32,000 bases of DNA from Nitrososphaera viennensis EN76 (GCF_000698785.1 NZ_CP007536.1:2495939-2527938), one strand, 5' to 3'. Numbered from the stretch's first letter, positions 6,972-16,543 are shown. Made by a program: numbers and translations. Notes: a model not told the origin generated them from the sequence alone.

Positions 6972-9725
6972 TTGGGCAAGAAAGAACTCGCCGCAATGTT
7001 TTCGCAAAACCCTGACCGCTATTACAAGGTCGCGCTGTTCGACCAGATGGGGTTCCAGCGCAGGCAGTGCAACCTCTGCGGCAAGCATTTCTGGACGCTG
7101 GCCGCTGACAGGCAGTCTTGCCCCGACCATGAAAATTACGGCTTTATCGGCAGGCCTCCGACCAGCAAGCGCCTCGACTATGTCAGCGCGTGGAAGGAGA
7201 CGGAGAAATTCTTTGCAAAAAACGGCCACGAGATAGTGAGGCGCTATCCCGTCGTGTGCAGGTGGCGCGACGACCTTTACTTCACGATAGCGTCGATAGT
7301 TGATTTCCAGCGCGTCATGAACAGCCAGGTCGTGTTTGAACTGCCGGCAAACCCGCTTGTGGTGCCGCAGATGTGCCTGCGCTTCAACGACATTGAAAAC
7401 GTCGGGCTTTCCGGCCGCCATTACACGGGCTTTTGCATGATAGGCCAGACCTGCAACGCGGACGCGCCAGGCGGCTACTGGAAGGACCGCTGCATCGAGC
7501 TTGACTATGGCATGCTCACCCGGGGCCTCGGCATAAAGCCGGAGGAGGTAACGTTTGTCGAGGACGTGTGGATGGGCGCCGGCGCGTTTGGCTACTCGCT
7601 TGAATATTTCGTCCGCGGCCTTGAGCTTGGCAACGCCGTGTTTACCGAGTTTGAGGGCGACGAGAACAACTACCGCGTCATGCCAAACAAGATAATAGAC
7701 ATGGGCGCCGGCCTTGAGCGCTTTTCTTGGGTGACAATGGGGACTCCAACAAGCTATGACTGCTGCTTTGGGCCTGTCGTCGACAAAATGCTGGACATGA
7801 CAGGCACAGACCGCAACGCGGAATTCCTGTCAAACTACTTTGGCGCAGTCGCTTCAAAACTTGAAACGACGGGGGGAAACGTCAAGGAACTAAAGGCGAT
7901 CCTTGCCCGCGAGATGGGCCTCTCTTACGACCAGCTCGCCAGGATGGTCGCCCCGCACGAGGCCGTGTACACGGTCGCAGACCACGTGCGCACGCTGCTC
8001 TTTGCAATATCCGACGGCGCGCTCCCGTCAAACGTGGGCGGGGGATACAACCTGCGCGTCATCCTGAGAAGGGCGCTGTCGATACTGGAGCGCCTGAACT
8101 GGAACAACGTCAAGCTAGAAGACGTCGCCGACATCCAGATAGACTACCTTGGGCAGATGTATCCTGAGCTTGAGGAGCACCGGCAGGACGTGCGCACAAT
8201 CCTCGGGCTAGAGTCCGGCCGGTACACCGGCTCGCGCGAGCGCATGAACGGCATAGTGGCGTCGCTGAAGAAGGCCAAGAAATCATCCGGCGAGCTTGAA
8301 GTCTCTGACCTCATCAGGATGTACGAGTCTGACGGGATAACGCCCGACTTCCTCGTGGAGCAGGGAGTCATTTCAAGCGTGCCGTCCACGTTCTACACGA
8401 AACTTGCAGAACTGCACACGAGCGTCGCCGGCGGCGGGACGGAGAAGGCCAAGCCGGTGCGCGGCCTTGAAGGCCTGCCTGCCACGGAACTCCTCTACTA
8501 CGAAGACGAGTCGATACGCGAGTTTGACGCCAAGGTGCTCAAGGTGGTCGACAACGGCAAGTACGTCGTGCTTGACAGGACCGCATTCTACCCGCGGGGA
8601 GGCGGGCAGGAGCCGGACACGGGCGAGATTTCCGGCGCCAAGGTTGTTGAGGTGACAAAGCAGGCAGACATTGTGGTCCACAGGATAGAAGATGGCGGCA
8701 AGCTGCTGCATGAAGGGCAGGCCGTGAAAGGCATCGTGAACGGACGCAGGCGCGACATGGTGACCAAGCACCACACCGCGACGCATGTCATCAACTCGTC
8801 TGCAAGGAACAACCTCGGCTCGTGGGTGTGGCAGAACTCTGCCTTCAAGGAGGAGAGCTATGGCAGGCTCGACATCACGCACCACTCGGCGCTGTCAAAG
8901 GAGGAGGTGCAAAAGATAGAGCAGACCGCAAACATTGCCGTGCGCAAGAACCTTCCTGTCGACATCAGGTTCTACGACAGGGGGGACGCCGAGCAGAAGT
9001 ACAGTTTTCGTATCTACCAGGGCGGAGTGGTGCCGTCAAACAACGTGCGCATCGTCAACATCGACAACTGGGACATCGAGGCGTGCGGCGGGACGCACGT
9101 CAGGCGCACGGGCGAAATCGGGCTGATAAAGATCGTAAAATCCGAGAGGATCCAGGACGGCGTCGTGCGCCTTGAATTCGTTGCAGGCGAGGCAGCGGTC
9201 AACTACATGCAAAGCCAGGAAACCCAGCTGTCGACTATAGCGCAGGCGCTTGGCTCAAGCAGGGAAAAGGTGCTTGAATCGTTCACAAAGGCGATGGACG
9301 ACGCGGAATCGGCAAAGAAAAAGCTGCGCATCATGCTTCGCACCGTCGCAGAGACGATGGCAAAGAGCGTGTCAGAGCAGGCGAAGAACCTCGGAGACGT
9401 CAAGCTGTACAGCACGTACGACGAAGAGCTGGACGAGGACTACCACATCGCGGTGGGGGAAAAGGCAATCGAGATTGACCCGTCGCTCGTGTACGTGGCC
9501 CTGGTGGCAAAAGGCGCCGGTATGAGGGTAATCGTGTTCGCAGGCGAAAAGGCAAGCAAGCGCGCAAGAGCCGGCGCCATAGCCAGGCAGGTATCGGCCA
9601 AGCTCGGAGGCTCTGGAGGCGGGGACGACCGCTTTGGGCAGGGCGGCGGCCGGCTGAAGGAAAAGATCAAAGAGGCTCTTCTATCTGCAGAAGAGATGGT
9701 AGTAGCGGCAAAGAAGGCGTCGTGA
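6972..9725 (+). CDS. alaS: Alanine--tRNA ligase (archaeal type)
   Basis: 917 aa. N-terminal CNLCGKHFWT zinc/FWT motif. The editing-domain HxxxH (HHTATHVIN) and CGGTHV motifs are both present. TTG start at 6972; alternative ATG at 6996. Confidence 0.97.
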   Translation: MGKKELAAMFSQNPDRYYKVALFDQMGFQRRQCNLCGKHFWTLAADRQSCPDHENYGFIGRPPTSKRLDYVSAWKETEKFFAKNGHEIVRRYPVVCRWRDDLYFTIASIVDFQRVMNSQVVFELPANPLVVPQMCLRFNDIENVGLSGRHYTGFCMIGQTCNADAPGGYWKDRCIELDYGMLTRGLGIKPEEVTFVEDVWMGAGAFGYSLEYFVRGLELGNAVFTEFEGDENNYRVMPNKIIDMGAGLERFSWVTMGTPTSYDCCFGPVVDKMLDMTGTDRNAEFLSNYFGAVASKLETTGGNVKELKAILAREMGLSYDQLARMVAPHEAVYTVADHVRTLLFAISDGALPSNVGGGYNLRVILRRALSILERLNWNNVKLEDVADIQIDYLGQMYPELEEHRQDVRTILGLESGRYTGSRERMNGIVASLKKAKKSSGELEVSDLIRMYESDGITPDFLVEQGVISSVPSTFYTKLAELHTSVAGGGTEKAKPVRGLEGLPATELLYYEDESIREFDAKVLKVVDNGKYVVLDRTAFYPRGGGQEPDTGEISGAKVVEVTKQADIVVHRIEDGGKLLHEGQAVKGIVNGRRRDMVTKHHTATHVINSSARNNLGSWVWQNSAFKEESYGRLDITHHSALSKEEVQKIEQTANIAVRKNLPVDIRFYDRGDAEQKYSFRIYQGGVVPSNNVRIVNIDNWDIEACGGTHVRRTGEIGLIKIVKSERIQDGVVRLEFVAGEAAVNYMQSQETQLSTIAQALGSSREKVLESFTKAMDDAESAKKKLRIMLRTVAETMAKSVSEQAKNLGDVKLYSTYDEELDEDYHIAVGEKAIEIDPSLVYVALVAKGAGMRVIVFAGEKASKRARAGAIARQVSAKLGGSGGGDDRFGQGGGRLKEKIKEALLSAEEMVVAAKKAS

Positions 9726-9734
9726 TGATTTCAT

Positions 9735-12638
9735 ATGAGCAGCATTACTGACTGGCGCGCAATAGAGGAAAAATGGATCAAGAGGTGGGATGAGCAGAAA
9801 CTCTTCCAGGCAGACCCAGACCCTTCAAGGAAAAAGTATTTCGTCACCGTCGCCTACCCGTACCCGAACTCGCCCCAGCACATCGGGCACGGCCGCACCT
9901 ACACGCTTGCAGACGCGCACGCCCGCTACATGCGCATGAAAGGCTACAACGTGCTCTTCCCGATGGGCTTTCATTATACAGGCACCCCGATCCTTGGCAT
10001 GTCGCGAAGAGTGGCGGCCGGCGACAAGGACCTGCTTGACACCTTCCACAATATTTACAAATTAGCTGACGATGTCATCGCCACGTTTGTCGAGCCGGTG
10101 AAGATAGCAAGCTACTTCCACAACGAGATCAAGCAGGGCATGAAGGAGATGGGCTACTCGATGGACTGGCGCCGCGAATTCACCACCATCGACAGGATAT
10201 ACTCCAAGTTCATCTCGTGGCAGTTCCGCACGCTCCAGAAGAAAGGGTTGATAGTGCAGGGGTCGCATCCCGTGGGCTGGTGCCCCAACGACCAGAACCC
10301 CGTTAGCCAGCACGACACGATGGGCGACGTCGAGCCGGATTTCACCGAATACGTGCTGGTCAAGTTTGCGCATGACGGGCTGGTGGTGCCTGCGGCGACT
10401 CTCCGGCCGGAGACGCTGTTTGGCGTCACCAACATGTGGGTCAACCCAGACGTCGAGTACGTCGAGGCCAAGGTGGACGGCGAGCGCTGGGTGGTGAGCA
10501 GGGAAGCCGCGCGCAAGCTGGAATTTCTAAACCATGCAGTCGAGATAGCAAAAACAATCAAGGGGAGCGAGATGGTCGGATGGCAGCTGACAAACCCGCT
10601 CAACAATGCCAGGGTGCCGATGTACCCCGCGTCGTTCGTGGAGGCCGACAGCGGGACGGGGATAGTGATGTCCGTCCCTGCGCACGCGCCGTACGACTAC
10701 CAGGCCCTTGCAGACCTGAAAAACGACACGGCGACGCAGCAAAAATACGGCATAGCCGCAGTTGTCGAGCCGGTAAAGATAATCGAGTCAGAGGGCTACT
10801 CTGGAATTCCAGCAGCTGAAGCAATAGCCAACGTTCCTGCAAACAGTAGTGGCGACAGGCTGGAAAAGGCGACAAGCGACCTCTACTCGCACGAGTTCTA
10901 CAAGGGCAGGATGATGATGCAGAATACCGGCAAGTACGCCGGCAAGCCAGTCTCTGTGGCAAAGGAGGAGCTGAAAGCCGAGATCGCCTCTTCCGGCCTG
11001 GCTTCTGTCATGTACGAGCTGACGAACAAGCCTGTGAGATGCAGGTGCGGAGCCGAGTGCGTAGTCAAGCTGTTAAACGACCAGTGGTTCCTCAACTATG
11101 GCGACAAGGAATGGAAGGCCCTTGCGCACGAGTGCATCCAGAAAATGGACATCGTGCCGCAGGACATCCGCCAGGAATTCGACTATGTAGTCGACTGGCT
11201 GCGCGAAAGGGCGTGCGCCAGAAAGTCCGGCCTTGGCACGAAACTGCCGTGGGACCCTGAATGGATAATCGAAAGCCTGTCGGACTCTGTAATCTACATG
11301 GCCTATTACACGATTGCCAAGTACGTCAACGACAAGACCATACCGGACACCGAAACAATCTCTGACTCGTTCTTTGACTATGTGCTCTTTGGGCAGGGCG
11401 ACGCAGAGGCAGTCGCCCGGGAATCGGGCGTGCCTGCAATAGAAAAGATACGCGCAGAATTCAAGTACTTTTACCCGGTCGACTCGCGCCATTCAGGACG
11501 CGACCTAGTGCCAAACCACCTGTCGTTTTTCATATTCAACCACGTCGCCATCTTTGACCGCGACAACTGGCCTAGGCAGATCGTAGTCAACGGCTCGGTT
11601 CTCATGGAAGGGAAAAAGATGAGCAAGTCGCTTGGCAACATCATCCCGCTTCGCGCGGCAATACGGGAGCACGGGGCTGACACCATCCGCCTTGCGATGC
11701 TAGTCTCGGCAGAGATACTGCAGGACGCAGACTTTTCCTTTGACACTGCAAGGGGGATAAAGTCCAAGCTCGCAGGCGTCCTTGAGATGGCCGAGAGGGT
11801 AAAGGATGCTGCTGCCGCCCATGCGCAGGCAGAACAGGTGGAAGACAGGTGGCTTGCAAGCAGGCTTGTGCGCACCGCCGCGCAGACGGCCGAGTCGATG
11901 GACCGGCTGCGCGTAAGGGAAGCAATACACCACATACTCTACGCGCTGGAGCAGGACCTGCAGTGGTACGACAGGCGCGTGCGCGCAAAGGGGCGTGAAA
12001 ACTCGCCGGCAGTCATGTCTGCGTTGAAAGAGTACGTCAGGGCGCAGGTGCAGATGCTTGCGCCATTTGCGCCGTTTACTGCAGAGGAGGTGTGGGAACG
12101 CCTTGGCAGCAAGGAGATGGTAACTGAGGCAGGATGGCCGTCAGCAGACCAAAGCAAGCTCGACATCATGGCAGAAGAATCCGAATTTCTTGTGCAGGGC
12201 CTGATTGCCGACATTGCCAACATCGTCAAGGTGACAAAAATCGCGCCCAGAAAAATCGTGGTCTATGCCTCGGCCGGCTGGAAAAGCCATGCCTACAAAA
12301 CCGTGCTTGAAAACATCGCTGCCGGCAGGACGAACTTTGGCGACATGATGAAGCAGCTGATCGCAAGCCCTGAAACATCCAGGGTAAAGTCGGACCCGAA
12401 CCTTGTCAAAAAGATGCAGGACGACATACTCTCGACGCCGCTTGAGGCGCGCAGCAGGCGCGCAACGCTGGCAGGCTTTGACGAAGTCTCTGCGATCAAG
12501 GACGCGGCTGGACTGCTTGGCAAAGAGTTCAACGGCGCAGAGGTGCTCGTCTACTCTGAAGACGACGCTTCAAAATACGATCCAAAGGCCAAGGCCAGGT
12601 TTGCAAGGCCGTTCAAGCCGGCAGTGTACATGGAATAA
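9735..12638 (+). CDS. leuS: Leucine--tRNA ligase (archaeal type)
   Basis: 967 aa. Class I HIGH motif (PQHIGHGRTY) and an exact KMSKS (GKKMSKSLGN). A large CP1 editing insertion is present. Confidence 0.97.
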   Translation: MSSITDWRAIEEKWIKRWDEQKLFQADPDPSRKKYFVTVAYPYPNSPQHIGHGRTYTLADAHARYMRMKGYNVLFPMGFHYTGTPILGMSRRVAAGDKDLLDTFHNIYKLADDVIATFVEPVKIASYFHNEIKQGMKEMGYSMDWRREFTTIDRIYSKFISWQFRTLQKKGLIVQGSHPVGWCPNDQNPVSQHDTMGDVEPDFTEYVLVKFAHDGLVVPAATLRPETLFGVTNMWVNPDVEYVEAKVDGERWVVSREAARKLEFLNHAVEIAKTIKGSEMVGWQLTNPLNNARVPMYPASFVEADSGTGIVMSVPAHAPYDYQALADLKNDTATQQKYGIAAVVEPVKIIESEGYSGIPAAEAIANVPANSSGDRLEKATSDLYSHEFYKGRMMMQNTGKYAGKPVSVAKEELKAEIASSGLASVMYELTNKPVRCRCGAECVVKLLNDQWFLNYGDKEWKALAHECIQKMDIVPQDIRQEFDYVVDWLRERACARKSGLGTKLPWDPEWIIESLSDSVIYMAYYTIAKYVNDKTIPDTETISDSFFDYVLFGQGDAEAVARESGVPAIEKIRAEFKYFYPVDSRHSGRDLVPNHLSFFIFNHVAIFDRDNWPRQIVVNGSVLMEGKKMSKSLGNIIPLRAAIREHGADTIRLAMLVSAEILQDADFSFDTARGIKSKLAGVLEMAERVKDAAAAHAQAEQVEDRWLASRLVRTAAQTAESMDRLRVREAIHHILYALEQDLQWYDRRVRAKGRENSPAVMSALKEYVRAQVQMLAPFAPFTAEEVWERLGSKEMVTEAGWPSADQSKLDIMAEESEFLVQGLIADIANIVKVTKIAPRKIVVYASAGWKSHAYKTVLENIAAGRTNFGDMMKQLIASPETSRVKSDPNLVKKMQDDILSTPLEARSRRATLAGFDEVSAIKDAAGLLGKEFNGAEVLVYSEDDASKYDPKAKARFARPFKPAVYME

Positions 12639-12847
12639 TGCCAATAATCTGTCCTAGTCGGTACAATGTATGTGTGTGTGATATATGGCAGCTGAACCCC
12701 AAGATGGGAAATTTCATTATTGCCAACTAGCCTGGTATTATGTGCCGCTTGGCTGGTTATCAAGTGATGTATTTGACAATCGGCGCTTGCAGAGTACACG
12801 CTAATCATAAATGCACATGTCACGTACAGTACCCTGTGTACCGATAA

Positions 12848-13666
12848 ATGGCCGCGCTGGGAGAAGAGATTGCAGGCTCGTTTTCTTTTGACGTGACAAA
12901 GAGGATGCTCAACGCACTGGAAGCAAGCGGGCCGATAAACAGGACCAATCTTGCCCAAAAAACAGGGTTGAACTACAACGTTTGTTTGAGGTATATCAAG
13001 ATGCTGAGCGTGCTTGGGTGGATAGAAATGTGCTCTTCTGCCAAAGGCGATTGCGTTTCCATCACCGAAGTCGGAAGGCAGGTCAGCGCCAAATTGCTGG
13101 ACACCTCCACAAGCACAATAGCAGCCGCCTACAATACGGGTGGCGGGCGGGCCGCCAGGGGTCTTCAAGGTGAAGAGAAAGAGGGACGGCAACAGCAACA
13201 ACAACCGCAGCCGTCCGGCCACGCTCTGTCTGGAGGGGAAGAAAAGGTCAAGAGGTTTGCTCAAACCAGCAGCAGCCTGGCCGCTGGTGCCAAAAGCAAA
13301 TCGCGTAACATCATGATAGTGGATGACGAACCCGATATAGCCGTGACCTACCAGTACTTTCTGGCATCGGAAGGCTACAACGTGGAAGCATTTTCAGACG
13401 CATACAGCGCGCTGCGTGAATTTACAAGACACTCTTCCTACTACGACCTCATAATCCTTGACATAAGGATGCCCGGGCTTAATGGGCTCCAGTTATACCA
13501 GAGCCTCAAGGGCATGAATCCTTCCTGCAAAGTCATTTTCATATCTGCCCTTGACGCCGCAAGGGAGATGGTCAGCATCCTGCCAGGGGTCACTGCAGAC
13601 GACATCATGAAAAAGCCGGTCGACAAAAAGTCATTCTTGAGAAAAATCAACGAAATCTTTAGCTAG
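12848..13666 (+). CDS. Response regulator with N-terminal winged-helix domain and C-terminal receiver (REC) domain
   Basis: C-terminal REC: IMIVDDEPD ... LIILDIRMPGLNG ... VIFISALD ... IMKKPV (acidic pair, phospho-acceptor Asp, Ser/Thr, Lys-Pro). N-terminal wHTH-like segment: INRTNLAQKTGLNYNVCLRYIKMLSVLGWIE. A ~65-aa low-complexity linker is rich in Gly and Gln. Confidence 0.85.
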   Translation: MAALGEEIAGSFSFDVTKRMLNALEASGPINRTNLAQKTGLNYNVCLRYIKMLSVLGWIEMCSSAKGDCVSITEVGRQVSAKLLDTSTSTIAAAYNTGGGRAARGLQGEEKEGRQQQQQPQPSGHALSGGEEKVKRFAQTSSSLAAGAKSKSRNIMIVDDEPDIAVTYQYFLASEGYNVEAFSDAYSALREFTRHSSYYDLIILDIRMPGLNGLQLYQSLKGMNPSCKVIFISALDAAREMVSILPGVTADDIMKKPVDKKSFLRKINEIFS

Positions 13667-13847
13667 GGCAGCTACGGCACAAAATCGCCGTCACAGCCTC
13701 TCCTGATCTGCTGAACCGTCTCCTGCTGTGGCTTTTTTTCATTCTTGCGAATCAGTTAGTTGGTTAGTTATCTGCCAATAAGCATCAGCGGATCAGTTAC
13801 CCGTCAATGAGCGATGCTTAATTCATGCATATCACATATCCTAGCCC

Positions 13848-14234
13848 GTGGACAAACTAGATCCGTCGGAATTCAAAACTCGTACAGGTACAGCCACTCA
13901 AGAGTTGTCGCAAAAGGCGCAGTCTGCCAAGATGAGGGTCGAATTCACCATACCAACGAAAATGTGCGGAGAAGTGGTGGAGGCGTTTGAAACAATGAAC
14001 CAGGAGGCCATGATCTATGAATCAAAAACATGCGGGTGCAAGAAGCAAAAATACACTATCGATATCCACAGGGGGACGGGAACCATGGATTTGAACGACT
14101 CTGACCGGAGAACCATAGTATCCATTGTTGACTCTGACCTGGCAGAAGGACTGGTGAACCTTGTAAGGACAGTGGTAGGCAGAGACGGCTCGGCTGTAGT
14201 TCTTTCAGAAGTGCACAACCTGGTGCACCTCTGA
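13848..14234 (+). CDS. Hypothetical small protein between the response-regulator and kinase genes
   Basis: GTG start at 13848. An in-frame ATG at 13932 (MRVEFTIPTK...) would give ~100 aa. No family assigned; see finding for a tentative PII-like pattern. Confidence 0.5.
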   Translation: MDKLDPSEFKTRTGTATQELSQKAQSAKMRVEFTIPTKMCGEVVEAFETMNQEAMIYESKTCGCKKQKYTIDIHRGTGTMDLNDSDRRTIVSIVDSDLAEGLVNLVRTVVGRDGSAVVLSEVHNLVHL

Positions 14235-14239
14235 CCTGC

Positions 14240-14246
14240 TTTTTTT
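14240..14246 (+). terminator. Oligo-T run after the 13848..14234 ORF
   Basis: A run of seven T begins 6 nt after the TGA stop (14232..14234), in a convergent intergenic region. Confidence 0.35.
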
Positions 14247-14359
14247 ACAACAGCAGCAAGCACACTACCAATTTTTTCTTGTCCGGCACTGGCGCTTGCG
14301 CACAGTAACACATTGCATGCCGAGTGCCATTCATTTCTGGCCGCGCTCCCGCTTACGCC

Positions 14360-16543
14360 TTAGCCTGATTTATCAGGGTGCTTGCCTGAAAGGGGCAGGC
14401 TAAACGCAAACGTCGCGCCCCTGCCATCTCTGTTGTTCTTGGCCCATATCCTGCCGCCGTGCGCTTCTACGATGCCTTTTGAAATGAACAATCCAAGCCC
14501 CGTGCCCTTTTCCGACTTGCTGGCAAACTTTGTAAACAATCTTGGCAATATTTCGGGATCTATTCCTGAGCCGGAATCCCTGACTGAAAGGATGGCAAAC
14601 TGGCCGTCATCGTTCAACTCTTTTGCAAGAGTGATCCACACGGTTCCTCCTCCGGCGAACTTGACGGCGTTGCTCAGGAGGTTGTACATGACCTGGGTTA
14701 TCCTTCCCCTGTCCGCATTTACGAAAACATCCCTGTCTGGGCACGAGAACAAAAATTTTACTTTGTTGCCGACATCGGCTGATTTCTCCATGTCCGCAGC
14801 GACGTCTGTTATCACGTTGTTCAGGGAGAATATTTCCTTGTCCAGCCGGAGCGACTGGCTCTCTATCCTTGCAACATCCAGCAGGCTTTCCGTGAGCCTG
14901 TTCAGCCTGTTTGCATTTCTGTTGATGATTCTAAGCAGGTTGTGGTGCTCGCCATTACCACTACTACCACCACCGCCGTTGCCCTCTTTCTGGTACAGGA
15001 TCTCTGTCAGCCCGATTATTGGCTGGATGGGCGTCCTCAGCTCGTGAGCAGCTATGTTGATGAACTCTTTTTGCGTCTCGTTGTGCACCTTCAGCTGCTC
15101 GTACAATTGCCTTATTCGCTCGTACAGTTCCGTCTGGTGCCACAGGCTCTCAAATATCGAGGCGTACGACAGGACCGTGGCCTTGCTGTTTGAATACGTG
15201 GCAAGTCCCATTGCTTCGATGGAGGTTTCTTTCGTGTCGTCCTTCAGCTCCACGGCCAGCGAGTATTTCCTGTCTACCACCAGGAGCGAGACCCCGGTTC
15301 GCAGGGACGGCTCGATGCCTCTTATCTCGATTTGCTGCTGCAACCTTGCCTTTAGTTTTCTCGCCGTGTCTTTGATTGCGTCATCAATTGGCGTCATGAT
15401 CCTGATTTGCAGGTCGCGTACTTCTTTCGCCTTCCCTGTCAGCATCTGTACCAGTCCTGCACGCTCCTGGCGCCTGAAAGCGTTGGAAGTCGAGAATATC
15501 GCCAGAATCTCGTTCTTGGCCGAAGAGGCAAGCTCGAACGCCAGGCTCTGGACCCTGTGAGGGTCGGTTATGGTCTCGATTGATTCCAGCTGGACGCCTG
15601 CCTGCAGTTCCCTGATCCTCTTTTCCGCAGGCAACGCCTTTTCCCACAGGGTCTCAAAGAAATGCTGCTGCTGCTCTACAAATTGCTGGACGGTGCTCCG
15701 GACAAGTTGCGACGGGGGCCGCCCATTCTTGACGTTTGCGCTGGCCCTGTAATCCCTTCCGTCGGCTATGCCAAAATTGCCCTTGACCTTGTCCAGGTGG
15801 CGCAGCTCTGCTATCTTCATCAGTTTCTTGCAGTCAGGGACGTTTTCCCTGGTTATCTCGGTGATGAACCTCAGCATTATCCCCCTGTTTTTGAGGTCAA
15901 GGAGCCCCTTCCATACCGGCTCGACCCTGACAAATGCACGCGGCCCGGTGCAATCCATGCAATTGTCAAACCTTTTCGTTATGGTGTGAAAGCCCTGCAG
16001 CGTGATGTCGATTATGCGCTCCGTGCCGAACACCACCTCGGTCTTTTCAGGCTCTATCCCTTCTTCAATCTCTCTTATCTTGTATTCTGCCGGTATGGCC
16101 TTGCTCCATAGCGTGTCAAAGATGTACTGTCCCTGCCTTACCATCTCTGGGGCATTGCTGTAAATGACCTGCGTGAGGGGCTTGCCCTTCTCCAGGCAGG
16201 TGGTCGCCATGTACTCCTTTTCGTTGACTGCAATGCCGCCCCTGACGCCGTCCAGGTGGCGCAGCTCGTCAACCAACTTCATCAGTTCTTTGCAATAGCC
16301 GACGTTGTCCCTTGTAATTTCGGTAAAGGCCCTTATTTTTCCGCCCCTTTTCCTGATGTCGATGTATCCATTCCTGTACGAATCGATTTCAACGACTATG
16401 GACGGCCCCTTGCTGTCAAAACAGATATCCATCTGCTTTTTTACATTTGACATAAACTTGATTCCCTGGCCTACTGCACTCTCTACGCCGTAAAGAACCT
16501 CGGTCTTTTCTCCTTCTTTGCGGCTAGATGATAATTCAGCCAT
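14360..16543 (-). CDS. Cytoplasmic sensor histidine kinase with three tandem ~154-aa N-terminal sensor modules
   Basis: H-box INIAAHELRTPIQPI (His at residue 500). N-box MYNLLSNAVKF. G1 VRDSGSGIDPE. G2 GTGLGLFISKGIVEAHGGRIW. No hydrophobic TM segment is seen. The internal repeats end in FDTLWSKAIPAEYKIREIEEG, FETLWEKALPAEKRIRELQAG and FESLWHQTELYERIRQL. Confidence 0.92.
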   Translation of the reverse strand: MAELSSSRKEGEKTEVLYGVESAVGQGIKFMSNVKKQMDICFDSKGPSIVVEIDSYRNGYIDIRKRGGKIRAFTEITRDNVGYCKELMKLVDELRHLDGVRGGIAVNEKEYMATTCLEKGKPLTQVIYSNAPEMVRQGQYIFDTLWSKAIPAEYKIREIEEGIEPEKTEVVFGTERIIDITLQGFHTITKRFDNCMDCTGPRAFVRVEPVWKGLLDLKNRGIMLRFITEITRENVPDCKKLMKIAELRHLDKVKGNFGIADGRDYRASANVKNGRPPSQLVRSTVQQFVEQQQHFFETLWEKALPAEKRIRELQAGVQLESIETITDPHRVQSLAFELASSAKNEILAIFSTSNAFRRQERAGLVQMLTGKAKEVRDLQIRIMTPIDDAIKDTARKLKARLQQQIEIRGIEPSLRTGVSLLVVDRKYSLAVELKDDTKETSIEAMGLATYSNSKATVLSYASIFESLWHQTELYERIRQLYEQLKVHNETQKEFINIAAHELRTPIQPIIGLTEILYQKEGNGGGGSSGNGEHHNLLRIINRNANRLNRLTESLLDVARIESQSLRLDKEIFSLNNVITDVAADMEKSADVGNKVKFLFSCPDRDVFVNADRGRITQVMYNLLSNAVKFAGGGTVWITLAKELNDDGQFAILSVRDSGSGIDPEILPRLFTKFASKSEKGTGLGLFISKGIVEAHGGRIWAKNNRDGRGATFAFSLPLSGKHPDKSG

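Noticed and set aside
6702-7421. 239-aa - strand ORF.
   Set aside because: It is antisense to the N-terminal catalytic region of alaS and to the end of the 6355..6843 gene. Its Arg/His/Leu-rich composition is typical of shadow ORFs in G+C-rich coding DNA.
12551-13264. 237-aa - strand ORF spanning the leuS end, the intergenic region and the response-regulator 5' half.
   Set aside because: It crosses an AT-rich promoter-like intergenic region and overlaps two supported genes. It has no motifs.
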